In this document: in pieces, positions 53,282 through 63,500 of the stretch
Layout: the number at the start of each line of letters is the position of its first letter
How positions within the stretch are numbered: position 1 is the first letter of the stretch
NCBI GenBank assembly: GCA_040218735.1
Contig: JAVJQW010000018.1
Location: forward strand, 32,001-96,000
Source: Deltaproteobacteria bacterium
GTDB taxonomy: Bacteria > Myxococcota > Kuafuiibacteriia > Kuafuiibacteriales > Kuafuiibacteriaceae
Direction: 5' to 3'
DNA: 64,000 bases
The notes under the pieces: model-generated
What the model saw: only the letters and a program-made list of their open reading frames with translations
What the model was told of the DNA's origin: nothing
Databases searched by the model: none
Program-made: the position numbers and the translations under genes

Positions 53282-54709
53282 TCACGGTCGCTGTTGCTCG
53301 CACGCTTCGATGCGTGCGAGCGCCGCCTTCGCTCCGTCCTTGCGTTCGTCGATGATCCGCCGCGCCGCGACGTGCGTCGCCGTGCGGATCCAGCGCTCGA
53401 TGCGCGCGCCGCGTTTCTCTAAGTCGAAGAGCACGCCGTCGAGCTCGTGGACGACGTGGTTCTGCTTCAAGAGGCGCGGGTAGTCTTCGTGCGCTTCGAT
53501 CGCCTCGACGACGACCTTCGCATCGCCCGCGAGGAGCGCGCGCGACTTCGCGTGGTACGGGTTCACGAGCTCCGGCCAGCGGAGGAGCACCGCGTCGAGG
53601 ACGGTGCGCCGGAGTTTGTCGCGGGTGTCGAGCGCCGCTTCGAGCTCGCGCTCGGAGATGTCGAGGCGCTCGTCGATCGACGCGAGCGCTTCGCGGATGC
53701 GCTCGGGCTTGGCGCCGCGGAGCGGCTCGGGGAGCGCTTGCGTGAGCACGGCGCGCTCGGCGGACGTCGCGCCTTCCGCGAAGGCTTCGTCGAGCGTCGC
53801 GGCGGTGGGCATCGCCGTGCCGAGGAGGCGCTCGACGTAGACTTCGGAGGAGCGCACCGGGACGTCGACGGTCGGGTCGTGGATCGCCGCGAAGGCGTGC
53901 GCTTCCGCGAGCGACACGTGACCGTCGCGGTCGAAGTCGGCGCGCCGCTTCGAGATCCCGCGCGCGAACTGCGCGAGGTAGGCGGGGGCGCTGTCGTCGT
54001 CGACGTCCGGCGTGCAGCCGGCCGCCTCGCGATCGTGCGGCACCGCGGCGAGCACGCAGCGCGGGACCTTGGCGACGGGCTTCGTGGGATCGGCGTCTTC
54101 GAACGCGACGTCGGCGAACGCACCCGAGTGGCACTGACCGAGCACGAACGCGGTGGGGGCCTTGCGTGCGCCGAGCGCCTCGACGAGCTGTTGCGCGCTC
54201 ACGCGATCGTCGGGCCCCCACAGCTCGAGGAGCGCGGGCTCCGTCGCGGTGGCCTTGGTGCCGTGGCCGGCGCCGAACACGATCGCGGGGCGGTTCGAAG
54301 GCAGGGCTCCGAGCGCGGCGAGGAGGGCCTCGGAGGTCGCCGCGGCGTGCCGCTCGATCTTCGCGGGGCGGTAGTCCACGTGCAGGTCGCGCCCGCGGTC
54401 GAACACGAGCCCGAGCACCGTTGCCGCGTGATCCTTCTTCGCGGCGGGGATCTGCACCGCGCGGGCCTCGGCGCTCGGCGCCGCGAACAACACGCGCGCC
54501 TTGGGCATCGCGACGTGGAGCGCACGGGTGTGCGCCTCGATCGACGCCTGCGTCCCCTCGGGCCCCCAACCGCCCCCGAAAATCAGCAGCTCCGGCGCCG
54601 CGCTCGCGGACGGCGCACAGGTGAGGTCGCAAGCGCAGGTGAGGAGGCTCGCGGTGAGGAGGACGCGCAGACGCGCGGACGCGATGGCGAGGCGACGGGG
54701 CCGGGGCAT
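53282..54709 (-). CDS. Exported clan CD (caspase/legumain-like) peptidase with coiled-coil tail
   Basis: IVFGAGHG and VLGQCHSGAF dyad motifs, ADFDRDGHVSLAEAH. Confidence 0.7.
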   Translation of the reverse strand: MPRPRRLAIASARLRVLLTASLLTCACDLTCAPSASAAPELLIFGGGWGPEGTQASIEAHTRALHVAMPKARVLFAAPSAEARAVQIPAAKKDHAATVLGLVFDRGRDLHVDYRPAKIERHAAATSEALLAALGALPSNRPAIVFGAGHGTKATATEPALLELWGPDDRVSAQQLVEALGARKAPTAFVLGQCHSGAFADVAFEDADPTKPVAKVPRCVLAAVPHDREAAGCTPDVDDDSAPAYLAQFARGISKRRADFDRDGHVSLAEAHAFAAIHDPTVDVPVRSSEVYVERLLGTAMPTAATLDEAFAEGATSAERAVLTQALPEPLRGAKPERIREALASIDERLDISERELEAALDTRDKLRRTVLDAVLLRWPELVNPYHAKSRALLAGDAKVVVEAIEAHEDYPRLLKQNHVVHELDGVLFDLEKRGARIERWIRTATHVAARRIIDERKDGAKAALARIEACEQQRP

Positions 54710-54729
54710 GCGCGACCCTCGGCGCCGTC

Positions 54730-56016
54730 TCAGAGCGACTGCTCGGGCTTGGTGTCTTCGGCGGACGCCGCCTCGGCCGCGGGCGCGGCCTCGGCGTCGG
54801 AGTCGGAGGCCGACGCGGCCTCGGCCGCGGAAGCGGACTCGGAAGCCGACGCAGACGCGGAACCGGACGCCGACTCGGACTCGGAAGCCGACGCGGACCC
54901 GGACTCGGAAGCCGACGCGGACTCGGACTCGGAACCGGACGCAGACGCGGAACCGGACGCAGACTCGGACTCGGATCCGGAACCGGCCTCGGCACCAGAC
55001 GCAGAAGCGGACTCGGAGGCGGACCCAGACTCGGATGCGGACCCGGACTCGGAATCGGAATCCGACGCAGAAGCGGACCCGGCCTCGGACGCGGACCCGG
55101 CATCGCCCTCGCTGGCGGACCCGGCCTCGACCGCTGCCGCCTCCGCCGCCACAGCTGCCGCTTCAGCGTCCCCGCCATCCTCGGTCACGGCGGCAATCGC
55201 CTCCGCGGCTGCGGCCACGTCCTCGGCGCCTTCCTCGGCGGGCGGGGGCGCGTACTCGGTCGGGTTCTTCGCGCCCTCGTACTTGCGGCGCAGCAGCGCC
55301 AGCCGGTCCTGCGCGAGCTCGAGCTGGCCCTTGAGGACCTGGTAGGAGTCGCGGTTGCCGTTCGCGCGACGGGACGCGGCCTTCGCGCGCTCCTCCGCCT
55401 GCTTCGCCTGCTTGGAGAGCTTCTTTTCGCGGTCGGCGGCGGCGCGCTTGAAGGCTTCGAGCTGCGCCTCGAGCGCCTCGACCTTCTCTTCGGGCGTCCG
55501 CGCCGCGGCGACCTCTTCACCCGCGGTCTCCCCCGTCCGGATCGCCTTCGCGGCCTTCTCGGCGGCGGCCTTGCGCTTCGACTCCGCGGCCTCCATGTCG
55601 GCGATGCGTTTGTTCGCCTTGTCGAGCTTCGTGCGCAGCTCGCTCATCGCCTTGCTGTGGGCGGCTTCGACCTCGCTGTTCGAGAGCGTCACGACCGTCG
55701 CGGCGGACGTCTCGGCCACCTCCGCCGGCGCCGAGTTGTCGTTCTTCGACTTCTTCCCGCCGGCCGCGTGCGCCTCCTTCTTCTGGCGCTTGAGCTTGGC
55801 CTTGGTGGTCTGAAGCTCCTTACGCGCGGCGTCGAGGTCGTCCGACTTCTTCTTCGTGTCCGCGCGCACCTTCTCCAGCTCGCTGCGCTTGTCCTCGATG
55901 GTCCCCTTGGCGCCCCTCAGCTCGGTCTCGAGCGCAGCCACCCGGCGCCACAGGAAAACAGCCGCGATGATCGCCCCGGCGACGAGGAGGAGCAGGATCG
56001 GTTGGAGTTCGTTCAT
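54730..56016 (-). CDS. Membrane-anchored coiled-coil protein with acidic low-complexity tail
   Basis: ATG 56016, N-terminal TM, Lys/Glu coiled coil, (S/A/E/G) dipeptide tail. Confidence 0.75.
   Translation of the reverse strand: MNELQPILLLLVAGAIIAAVFLWRRVAALETELRGAKGTIEDKRSELEKVRADTKKKSDDLDAARKELQTTKAKLKRQKKEAHAAGGKKSKNDNSAPAEVAETSAATVVTLSNSEVEAAHSKAMSELRTKLDKANKRIADMEAAESKRKAAAEKAAKAIRTGETAGEEVAAARTPEEKVEALEAQLEAFKRAAADREKKLSKQAKQAEERAKAASRRANGNRDSYQVLKGQLELAQDRLALLRRKYEGAKNPTEYAPPPAEEGAEDVAAAAEAIAAVTEDGGDAEAAAVAAEAAAVEAGSASEGDAGSASEAGSASASDSDSESGSASESGSASESASASGAEAGSGSESESASGSASASGSESESASASESGSASASESESASGSASASASESASAAEAASASDSDAEAAPAAEAASAEDTKPEQSL
54770..55130. repeat. Degenerate 6-bp-period coding repeat
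   Basis: gcggac/tcggac/ccggac/tcggaa units encoding SA/SE/SG/SD. Confidence 0.85.
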
Positions 56017-56136
56017 GGCGTGAAGCCAAGCGCATAGCGCACCCAATGCGACCCCTGCAAGCACCGTCATTCGGTGGAATGCCGAACGGGGCCCACCGCT
56101 TTCTTTACCGGGAGCGCTCGCTGCGCGAGAAAGAGG

Positions 56137-59100
56137 ATGGAAGGGAATCACCCGGCGACCGACCCCATGACGCTCCGCCCCGAAGATCGTGCGCTCGCCG
56201 CCCTCCTCATCGAGCGCCAGGCCGTACCGTTCGACATGGTGCTCGCCGCCATGAACGCCGCGAGCACCAGCGATCGCGGCCTCGGGGACTGCCTCGTCGA
56301 CGCCGGCGCGCTCGACGAGGACGCCCTCGACGACTACCGCGAAGTGCTCGAGAGCGGCGTCGCCGTCGACCAGACGCCGGTCGACCAGCTCCTGCAGCCC
56401 TACGATCCCTCGAAGACCCTCCCGAGCCCGCGCGCCGACGCGTTCGAGGACCACGAGGACACCTGGTTCGATCTGCCGCGCCAGGAGGTGATCGGCCCCG
56501 CGACCGAGCGGCCGACGGACCCCTCCCCGCCGACGGACGCACCGATCTCCGACCTCTACGTCGACGACGAGGAGACGATCCCCCCGCCCGCCCCGCGCGT
56601 GCCCGAGCCGGGCCCGTCGCCGGAGGTCTGGGACGGCTCCGGCCCGACGCGCGCCTATCCGCCGGGCCGCATCTCCGAGGACGGCCGCGTGGTCGAAGTG
56701 ATCGACCCCGGCACGCTCGATCCAACCAAACGCCTCCCGAGTGACATCGGCAAGCTCGTCAACGCTTCCATCCCCGCGACCACCAAGCCGTCGCCGCCGG
56801 CGGACACGCCGTGGTCGGATCCGGAGGCGACCGCGATGCCGAACGTTCGGCACGACCCGGTCGTCGCGGCGCTCGCGGACGCGGCCGTCGACGTCGAGGT
56901 CGTACGCGCCGCCGAGCCGCTCGCCCCGACCGGCAAACGCGTCGACGAACGCTACCAACTGTATGGGGAGATCGGACGCGGCGGCATGGGCCGCATCCTG
57001 AAGGCTCGCGACACCGACATCGGCCGCGAGGTCGCCGTGAAGATCCTCCTCGGCGGACGCGACGCCCCCGAGAACCTCATCCGCCGCTTCTGGACCGAGG
57101 TCCAAGCGACCGGCCAACTCGAGCACCCGTCGATCATCCCGATCCACGACGTCGGCCGCCTCCCGTCCGGCGAGCTCTTCTACGTGATGAAGAAGCTCGG
57201 CGGCATCACGTTGCTCGACATCCTCAACGCGATCCACGAGGGCGACGCCGCCAAGAAGGAGGAGTTCTCGCGCGTCCGCCTGCTCACGATCTACCAACAG
57301 ATCGCCTACGCGGTGGCCTTCGCGCACGCGCACGGCGTCATCCACCGCGACATCAAGCCGGCGAACATCATGGTCGGTCAGTACGGTGAAGCGATCCTGA
57401 TCGACTGGGGCCTCGCCAAGATCATCGGCGGCGACGACCCGCTCGAATCGCAGGACCGGCGCGTCGAGCTCGTCGGTCAGTTCTCGGCGACCGAGACCGC
57501 GAGCGGAACGATCACCGGCACGCCGCAGTACATGTCGCCCGAGGCGACCGAGGGGCGCCCGGAGCTGCTCACCACCAAGTCCGACGTCTACGGGCTCGGC
57601 GCCGTCCTCTACGAGATCCTCACGCTGGAGCCCGCCTACCCGGACATCGGCTTCGTGCCGACGGTGATGAAGGTACGGCAGGCCGACTTCATGCCGCCGC
57701 GCCAGCGCGCGCCGCACCTGTCGATCTCGCTGGAGCTCGAGGAGCTCGTCCTCTCCGCGATGGCGCGCCAACCGATCGACCGACCGGATGCCAAGGAGCT
57801 CGCCGACGAGATCGGCCGCATCCTCGAAGGCGCGAAGGAGCGCGAGCGCCGCGAGCAGGAAGCCCGCGCGCGCGTGCGCAAGGGGCGCCGTTCCACCGAG
57901 CGCTGGAAACAACTCAAGGTCGACCTGCAGGCGGCGGAGGCGGAGGCGAAGCGCCTCGCGAAGGAGGTCCCCGCCTGGGCCGACGTCGAGAAGAAGGCGC
58001 CGATCTGGTCGCTCGAGGATCGCGTGAGCGAGCTGAAGATCGAGGCGGTGTCCTCGTTCGAGGAAGCGGAGGCCGACTTCCTCCGCGCGCTCGGCGAAGT
58101 GCCCGACGATCGCGAAGCCCGCAGCGCGCTGTCGTCGCTCTACTTCGCGCGCTTCGGCGAAGCGGAGCGCGCGCGCGACGTCGAAGGGATGCGGTACTAC
58201 CGCAGCCTCGTCTCTCGCTACGACGACGGCGTCTGGGAGCGGGTCCTCGAAGGCGACGGCACCCTTACGGTCGACACCGATCCGTCGGGCGTACGCGTGA
58301 GTATCGCGCGGATGGAGACCGTCCAACGTGTGATGCGGCCCGGCCCCCTCCGCGCGCTCGGCACGACGCCGATCGGGCGCTTCGAGATCCCGATCGGCAG
58401 CTACTTGCTCGTCTTCCACCGCGACGGTGAGCGCGACGTCCTGCGCCCCGTGCTCATCGGCCGCACCGAGTCGGTCTACGTGAAGGTGAAGGTCCGTTCG
58501 TCGGCCGAGATCGGGGACGCGTTCGTGCTCGTCCCCGAGGGCCGCGCCATCCTCGGCGGGGACAGCGTCGCGCACGGCGCGCTCGAACGACACGTCGACG
58601 AGCTCGCGGAGTACGCGATCGCGCGCTTCCCCGTGACCTGTGACGAATACCTCGAGTTCCTCGACGCGCTCGCAAAGGAAGACCTCGCCGCGGCGAAGCA
58701 ACACGTCCCGCGCGCTCGTGCGCAGGAGGGGCACTACTGGCGTTGGGAGGCGTCCGAGGGGCGCTTCGTCTACCCGGAGCGCACGCCCGGCGGGCACGAG
58801 TGGATCGGGAGCTTGCCGGTGAACGGCGTGAGCTTCTCGGACGCGCGCGCGTTCGTGCACTGGAAGAGCGCGCAGACCGGCGAGCAGCTTCGCCTGCCCA
58901 CCGAGAGTGAATGGGAGAAGGCCGCGCGCGGCGTCGACGGTCGTTTCTTCCCGTGGGGCGATCACTTCGACCCCACGTTCTGCAAGATGAAGGAATCGCG
59001 GAACGCGCCGTACCCCGAGCCCGAGCCGGTCGGCACGTTCCCCACGGACTGCTCGCCGTACGGCGCGCGCGACATGGCGGGCGGAATCCGAGAGCTCTGT

Positions 59101-59256
59101 ACGGCGGAGGTCGGCGGACGCACCGTGCCCGTGATGCGCGGCGGCTGCTGGAGCGACACCGGGCTGTTCTGCCGGGTCGCGTTCCGGCACGTGACCCAGC
59201 CCGACTTCGTCAACACGGGCCTGGGATTCCGGCTCGCGAAGGATCTGAAACCATGA
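56137..59256 (+). CDS. Ser/Thr kinase - PEGA - FGE/SUMF1-domain protein
   Basis: GRGGMG, VAVK, HRDIKPAN, DWGLAK, GTPQYMSPE; LTVDTDPSG; RLPTESEWEKAARG, PYGARDMAG, GFRL. Confidence 0.92.
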   Translation: MEGNHPATDPMTLRPEDRALAALLIERQAVPFDMVLAAMNAASTSDRGLGDCLVDAGALDEDALDDYREVLESGVAVDQTPVDQLLQPYDPSKTLPSPRADAFEDHEDTWFDLPRQEVIGPATERPTDPSPPTDAPISDLYVDDEETIPPPAPRVPEPGPSPEVWDGSGPTRAYPPGRISEDGRVVEVIDPGTLDPTKRLPSDIGKLVNASIPATTKPSPPADTPWSDPEATAMPNVRHDPVVAALADAAVDVEVVRAAEPLAPTGKRVDERYQLYGEIGRGGMGRILKARDTDIGREVAVKILLGGRDAPENLIRRFWTEVQATGQLEHPSIIPIHDVGRLPSGELFYVMKKLGGITLLDILNAIHEGDAAKKEEFSRVRLLTIYQQIAYAVAFAHAHGVIHRDIKPANIMVGQYGEAILIDWGLAKIIGGDDPLESQDRRVELVGQFSATETASGTITGTPQYMSPEATEGRPELLTTKSDVYGLGAVLYEILTLEPAYPDIGFVPTVMKVRQADFMPPRQRAPHLSISLELEELVLSAMARQPIDRPDAKELADEIGRILEGAKERERREQEARARVRKGRRSTERWKQLKVDLQAAEAEAKRLAKEVPAWADVEKKAPIWSLEDRVSELKIEAVSSFEEAEADFLRALGEVPDDREARSALSSLYFARFGEAERARDVEGMRYYRSLVSRYDDGVWERVLEGDGTLTVDTDPSGVRVSIARMETVQRVMRPGPLRALGTTPIGRFEIPIGSYLLVFHRDGERDVLRPVLIGRTESVYVKVKVRSSAEIGDAFVLVPEGRAILGGDSVAHGALERHVDELAEYAIARFPVTCDEYLEFLDALAKEDLAAAKQHVPRARAQEGHYWRWEASEGRFVYPERTPGGHEWIGSLPVNGVSFSDARAFVHWKSAQTGEQLRLPTESEWEKAARGVDGRFFPWGDHFDPTFCKMKESRNAPYPEPEPVGTFPTDCSPYGARDMAGGIRELCTAEVGGRTVPVMRGGCWSDTGLFCRVAFRHVTQPDFVNTGLGFRLAKDLKP

Positions 59257-60563
59257 TGATGACCACCGGCGCTCTCGTCGGGCTGGCACTCGTCGCCCAG
59301 GCCGACCCGCTCATCGCCAACGACAACCCGAGATACACTCCCGTGGTCGGGGTCGTCCGCCAGGCGGGCCCCGCCGTCGTGAACATCGCGACGGAGAAAC
59401 GCGTGCAGAAGAACCCGTTCTCGCGGAGTCGCGGCAACGACTTCTTCAACCGGTTCTTCTCGCGTACCCCGCGCCGCGACCGTCAGGAGTCGTTGGGGTC
59501 GGGCGTGATCATCGATCCGAGCGGTCTCGTGCTCACGAACGAACACGTGATCGCGCAGGCCTCGAACATCACGATCACGCTCTCGGACCGCCGCACGTTC
59601 GCCGTCGACGTGGTCGGCGCGGATCCGTCGTTCGACCTCGCGGTGCTCAAGGTGCGCAACGCGCCGAAGGATCTGCCGGCGGTCGCGATAGGGACCTCTT
59701 CGGACCTGATGATCGGCGAGACCCTCGTGGCGATCGGCAACCCGTTCGGGCTCGCGAACTCCGTCACCACCGGCGTCGTGTCGGCGCTGCACCGATCGAT
59801 CGAAGCGGAGGACCGCAACTACGAGGACTTCGTGCAGACCGACGCCGCGATCAACCCGGGCAACTCGGGCGGTGCGCTGTTGAACGTCGAGGGCAAGCTC
59901 ATCGGGATCAACACGGCGATCTACAGCGCGGCGAACGGCATCGGGTTCGCGATCCCCGTCGACCAGGCGATGGCCGTGGTGCAGGAGGTCCTCAACTACG
60001 GCGAGGTCCGCGCCGGCTTCACCGGGTTGTTCGTGGTGCCGTCGGAACGCGGTGGCGCCGAGGTCGCGTACGTCGTTCCGGACAGCCCGGCCGAGGGCGC
60101 CGGGATGCGTCGCGGCGACGTGATCACCGACGTCGGCGGCCGTGAGATCAAGGACGGCCGCGGGTACCGGCACGTCGAGCAGGCCATGATCCCCGGACGG
60201 CGCGTGAAGCTGCGCGTCCGCCGCGGCCGCGCGGAGTCCACGGTCGAGCTCACCGTCGCGGAGCTCGACCGCAAGACGGCCGTCGAGCTGGGCCGTCGTC
60301 GTCTGGGCCTCGACGTCGTGGAGCAACAGGGCGCTCTCGTCGTGAAACGTGTCGCGAAGAAGAGCTACGCCGCGCGCGTCGGCATTGCCCCCGGGGACCT
60401 GCTCCTCTCCGTGGGCAGCCGGCGCCTCACGAAGGCTTCGGATTTCGAGGACTTCTGCGCCGCCGTGTACGACGTCGAGGCCGTGACCATCGTAATCGGC
60501 CGCCGCGGCCGCGCGTACTACGTCCACCTCGAGCTCGATCCGATCCTCGGCCCCGCCGGGTAG
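59253..60563 (+). CDS. HtrA/DegP (Do family) serine protease with PDZ domains
   Basis: LGSGVII, TNEHV, DLAV, QTDAAINPGNSGG; ATGA overlap with kinase. Confidence 0.93.
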   Translation: MMMTTGALVGLALVAQADPLIANDNPRYTPVVGVVRQAGPAVVNIATEKRVQKNPFSRSRGNDFFNRFFSRTPRRDRQESLGSGVIIDPSGLVLTNEHVIAQASNITITLSDRRTFAVDVVGADPSFDLAVLKVRNAPKDLPAVAIGTSSDLMIGETLVAIGNPFGLANSVTTGVVSALHRSIEAEDRNYEDFVQTDAAINPGNSGGALLNVEGKLIGINTAIYSAANGIGFAIPVDQAMAVVQEVLNYGEVRAGFTGLFVVPSERGGAEVAYVVPDSPAEGAGMRRGDVITDVGGREIKDGRGYRHVEQAMIPGRRVKLRVRRGRAESTVELTVAELDRKTAVELGRRRLGLDVVEQQGALVVKRVAKKSYAARVGIAPGDLLLSVGSRRLTKASDFEDFCAAVYDVEAVTIVIGRRGRAYYVHLELDPILGPAG

Positions 60564-60596
60564 ATCGTCGCGGCGCGCCGTGCGTTCATCCCCTTC

Positions 60597-63500
60597 ATGG
60601 CCTTCGTACGGGTGAGATCCGTCCTCTGTGTTCTGACCCTCCTGACGCTCACCCGCTGCGCCGCCCGAGGCCCCGCCCCGGCCAAGAGCGCCGCCGAGCC
60701 CAACCCCGCCGCCGAGCAGGCCGCCTTCGAGGCTCAGGGGCTCGACGCCCCGCGCACCGAAGCGCGCGAGCGACCCGACGCCGCTCGGCTCGACCTCGCG
60801 CAGCTCTCCGAGGCCTTCGGTCCCGCGACCGAAGCGAGCCCGGACGAGGTCGCCCGCATGGCGCAGAAGGGCCGCGTCGACGCGGTCGAGGACACGAGCG
60901 TCGCGACGATCGCCTCCGAGTCGGTTCAGAGCTCCGCCGACGAGGACGAGCGGGCCGAGCCCCCGCCGCCACCTCCGCCCGCGCCGCGCCGGAGCACGAC
61001 CATCCCCCGGCCCGACGATGACGCGCGGATCGAGTCGCGCCGCTCGGAGGGCGGCGAGTCCACCAAGCTCCGCGAGAAGAAGAAGCGGGGCAAGCGCGAC
61101 ACCCGCGGTCCGGGGAAGAAGCAGGAGGCGAAGGAGAAGGCCAAGGACGTCGGAAACTTCGACCTCAACGAGTCGTCCGGCGAGGACCTCATGGCGCAGA
61201 CCGTGCTCCCGGCCATCGAGCGCCGCCCCGCGCTCGGCAAGATCCTCGTGCGTGGCGCGGACGGAAAGATGACCGCGCTCGTGCCGCGCGCCGTGCGCGT
61301 CGTCGCGCACGTGCAGGGGCCACGCGCCCGCACCGTCGTCGACTACGTGTTCGAGAACCCGCAGGACAAGCGGCTCGAAGGCACGTTCTACCACCCGCTC
61401 CCCGCGGACGCCTCGCCGGCGGGTTTCTCGATGTTCGACGGCACCCGGCGTGTCGAGAACCAGCGCTTCTTCTCGTCGGCGAAGCTCCTCCCCAAGCTCC
61501 CGAAGGGCACGATCGCCGCGGGCTCGATCATCCCCGCGACGCCCGCGCGCGGCGGGTCGGTGAAGTGGGGCGCGCGCCAGCAGGCGCGCGTGGTGGAGCA
61601 GAAGCGGGCGCGTGAGGTCTACGAGGCCATCGTCCGCAGCGACGTGGACCCGGCGCTCCTCGAGTGGTCCGGCGGGAGTAACTTCGAAGCGCGTGTGTTT
61701 CCGATCGAGGCCAAGAGCCTCAAGCGCGTCGTCGTCGCGTACGAGCAGCCGCTGGTGTTCGACGGCAAGCGCTACCGGTACGGCTACACGATGCCGTCCG
61801 AGCCGACGCTCGTCGAGCGATCCGCTTCGCTGTTCGTCGACCAGCTCCACGGCGCGATCGTCGCGGCGCCGTCGGCCGCGAAGGCGCGAGGCAAGAAGCA
61901 GCGGTGGGCGCGCTTCGACGTGCCAAAGGCCGAACCCGGCGCGACGCTCGAGGTCGCCGTCGAGCCCAACGAACACGGCGCGGTGCTGCGCGGTGAAGAC
62001 CGCACCGGGATGGGGGGCGAGTCCTTCTACGCGGAGGTTCGGCCCGCGCTCCCCGAGGCGACCGACCGCGCGACGAACCGTGCGCTCATCCTGCTCGACA
62101 CGTCGCTGTCTTCCGACGAAGGCGGGACCCACGCGCGTCGCCAGGCGCTGATCCAGGCGCTCCTCGAGAAGGACAGCTCGATCGAGGAGTACGCGGTGAT
62201 GCTCTTCGACGTGCGCCCGCGGTGGCTGCACGCGATCGGCTGGCGCGCGAACACGCCGTTCAACCGCGCCGCGACCTACGCGGATCTGCGGCGGGTCTAC
62301 CTGGAGGGCGCGACGAGCTTTGCGTCGGTGCTCGACGAGCTGCAGGCGCAGCGCGCGTGGGCGGTCGACGGCGCGAAGACCACGGTCTTCTTGTTGTCCG
62401 ACGGTGAGATCACGTGGGGCCTCGATCGCGAGGAGGCGCTCCCGGCGCGGTACCCGATCGTCTCCGACGTCCGCTGGGTGACGTACCGATTCGGCGAGGC
62501 CGCCGCGAACGCCGCGCTCTTCGATCTCCTCTCGCGCGAGAGCGGTGGACAGACCGTGAGTGTGTTGTCCGAGGCCGACGCCCCCGCTGCGGCGCTTGCG
62601 CACCGGCGCGTGCCGGTCTCGCTCGAGTCCGTGCAGGTCGAGGGTGCGCCTTCGGCCGACGTCGTCGTCGCGGGCAACCCGCAGCTCGTCTACCCGGGGC
62701 AGACGCTGCGCATCGCCGGCCGGCTCCCGGAGGGGATGGAGGCGCAGCTCGTGGTGACGCTCGCCTCCGGCGGGTCGAGCAACGCGGTGCGGGTGCCGCT
62801 CGCGAACCTCGAAGACCACTTCGCGCCGCGCGCGTGGGCCGAGCTGCACGCGCAGCGCCTGATCGCGCTCGACGATCCTCGCCTCGACCGGATGGTCGTC
62901 GCGCTCTCGCAGCACTACCGGCTCGCCAACGCGCGGGCCTCGATGTTGATCCTCGAGAACGACGCGCAGGCCGAGGCCTTCGCGCTGAAGGACGAGCAAG
63001 TCGACTTGCACGACCTCGAAGCGCTCCGCCGCAGCGAAGCGGACCAACGTCGCGCGGCGTTGCTGGGCCTCGCGCTCGACGGGGTCACGCCCGCGCACCA
63101 AAACCTCCTCGAAGCGATTCGTCGCAGCGCCGACGGAGCGGAGCCCGTGCTCCGACCGCAGCCGCTCCTCGAGCTCCCCTTCAGCGGCGGCCCCGAGCGG
63201 ATGCAGGCCGAGCTGGAGTACCGCCGGGCGCGCGAAGCCGACACCAACGACATCCTCCTGTACGAGCGCATCGCGCGGGCGCGGGCGCTCGCGGGGGACA
63301 CCGCCGGCGCGGTGCGCGCGTTGTCGACGACGGTCGAGCTTCGACCGCGCGACGCGGAGGCGATGCGCCTCGTCGGCTACGCGCTCCTCGCGGTCGCGCA
63401 GTACGACGTGGCCGTGGAGCTGTTCGAGCGCATTCGACTGCTGCGGCCGTTCGAGCCGCAGGCGTACCTGGAGGAGGCGCTCGCCCTCGACGCGGAGGGA

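Noticed and set aside
54770-55130. Possible CRISPR array
   Set aside because: Degenerate 6-bp periodicity inside a coding frame, without unique spacers or cas genes.
58500-59256. FGE (C-type-lectin-fold) domain as a DGR target of the RT
   Set aside because: No adenine-variant template repeat of this 3' end was noticed in the window and the RT is retron-type.
56017-59289. Long N-terminal extension of the 54730..59289 ORF
   Set aside because: Antisense to the kinase; the plausible protein starts at ATG 56016 with a TM anchor.
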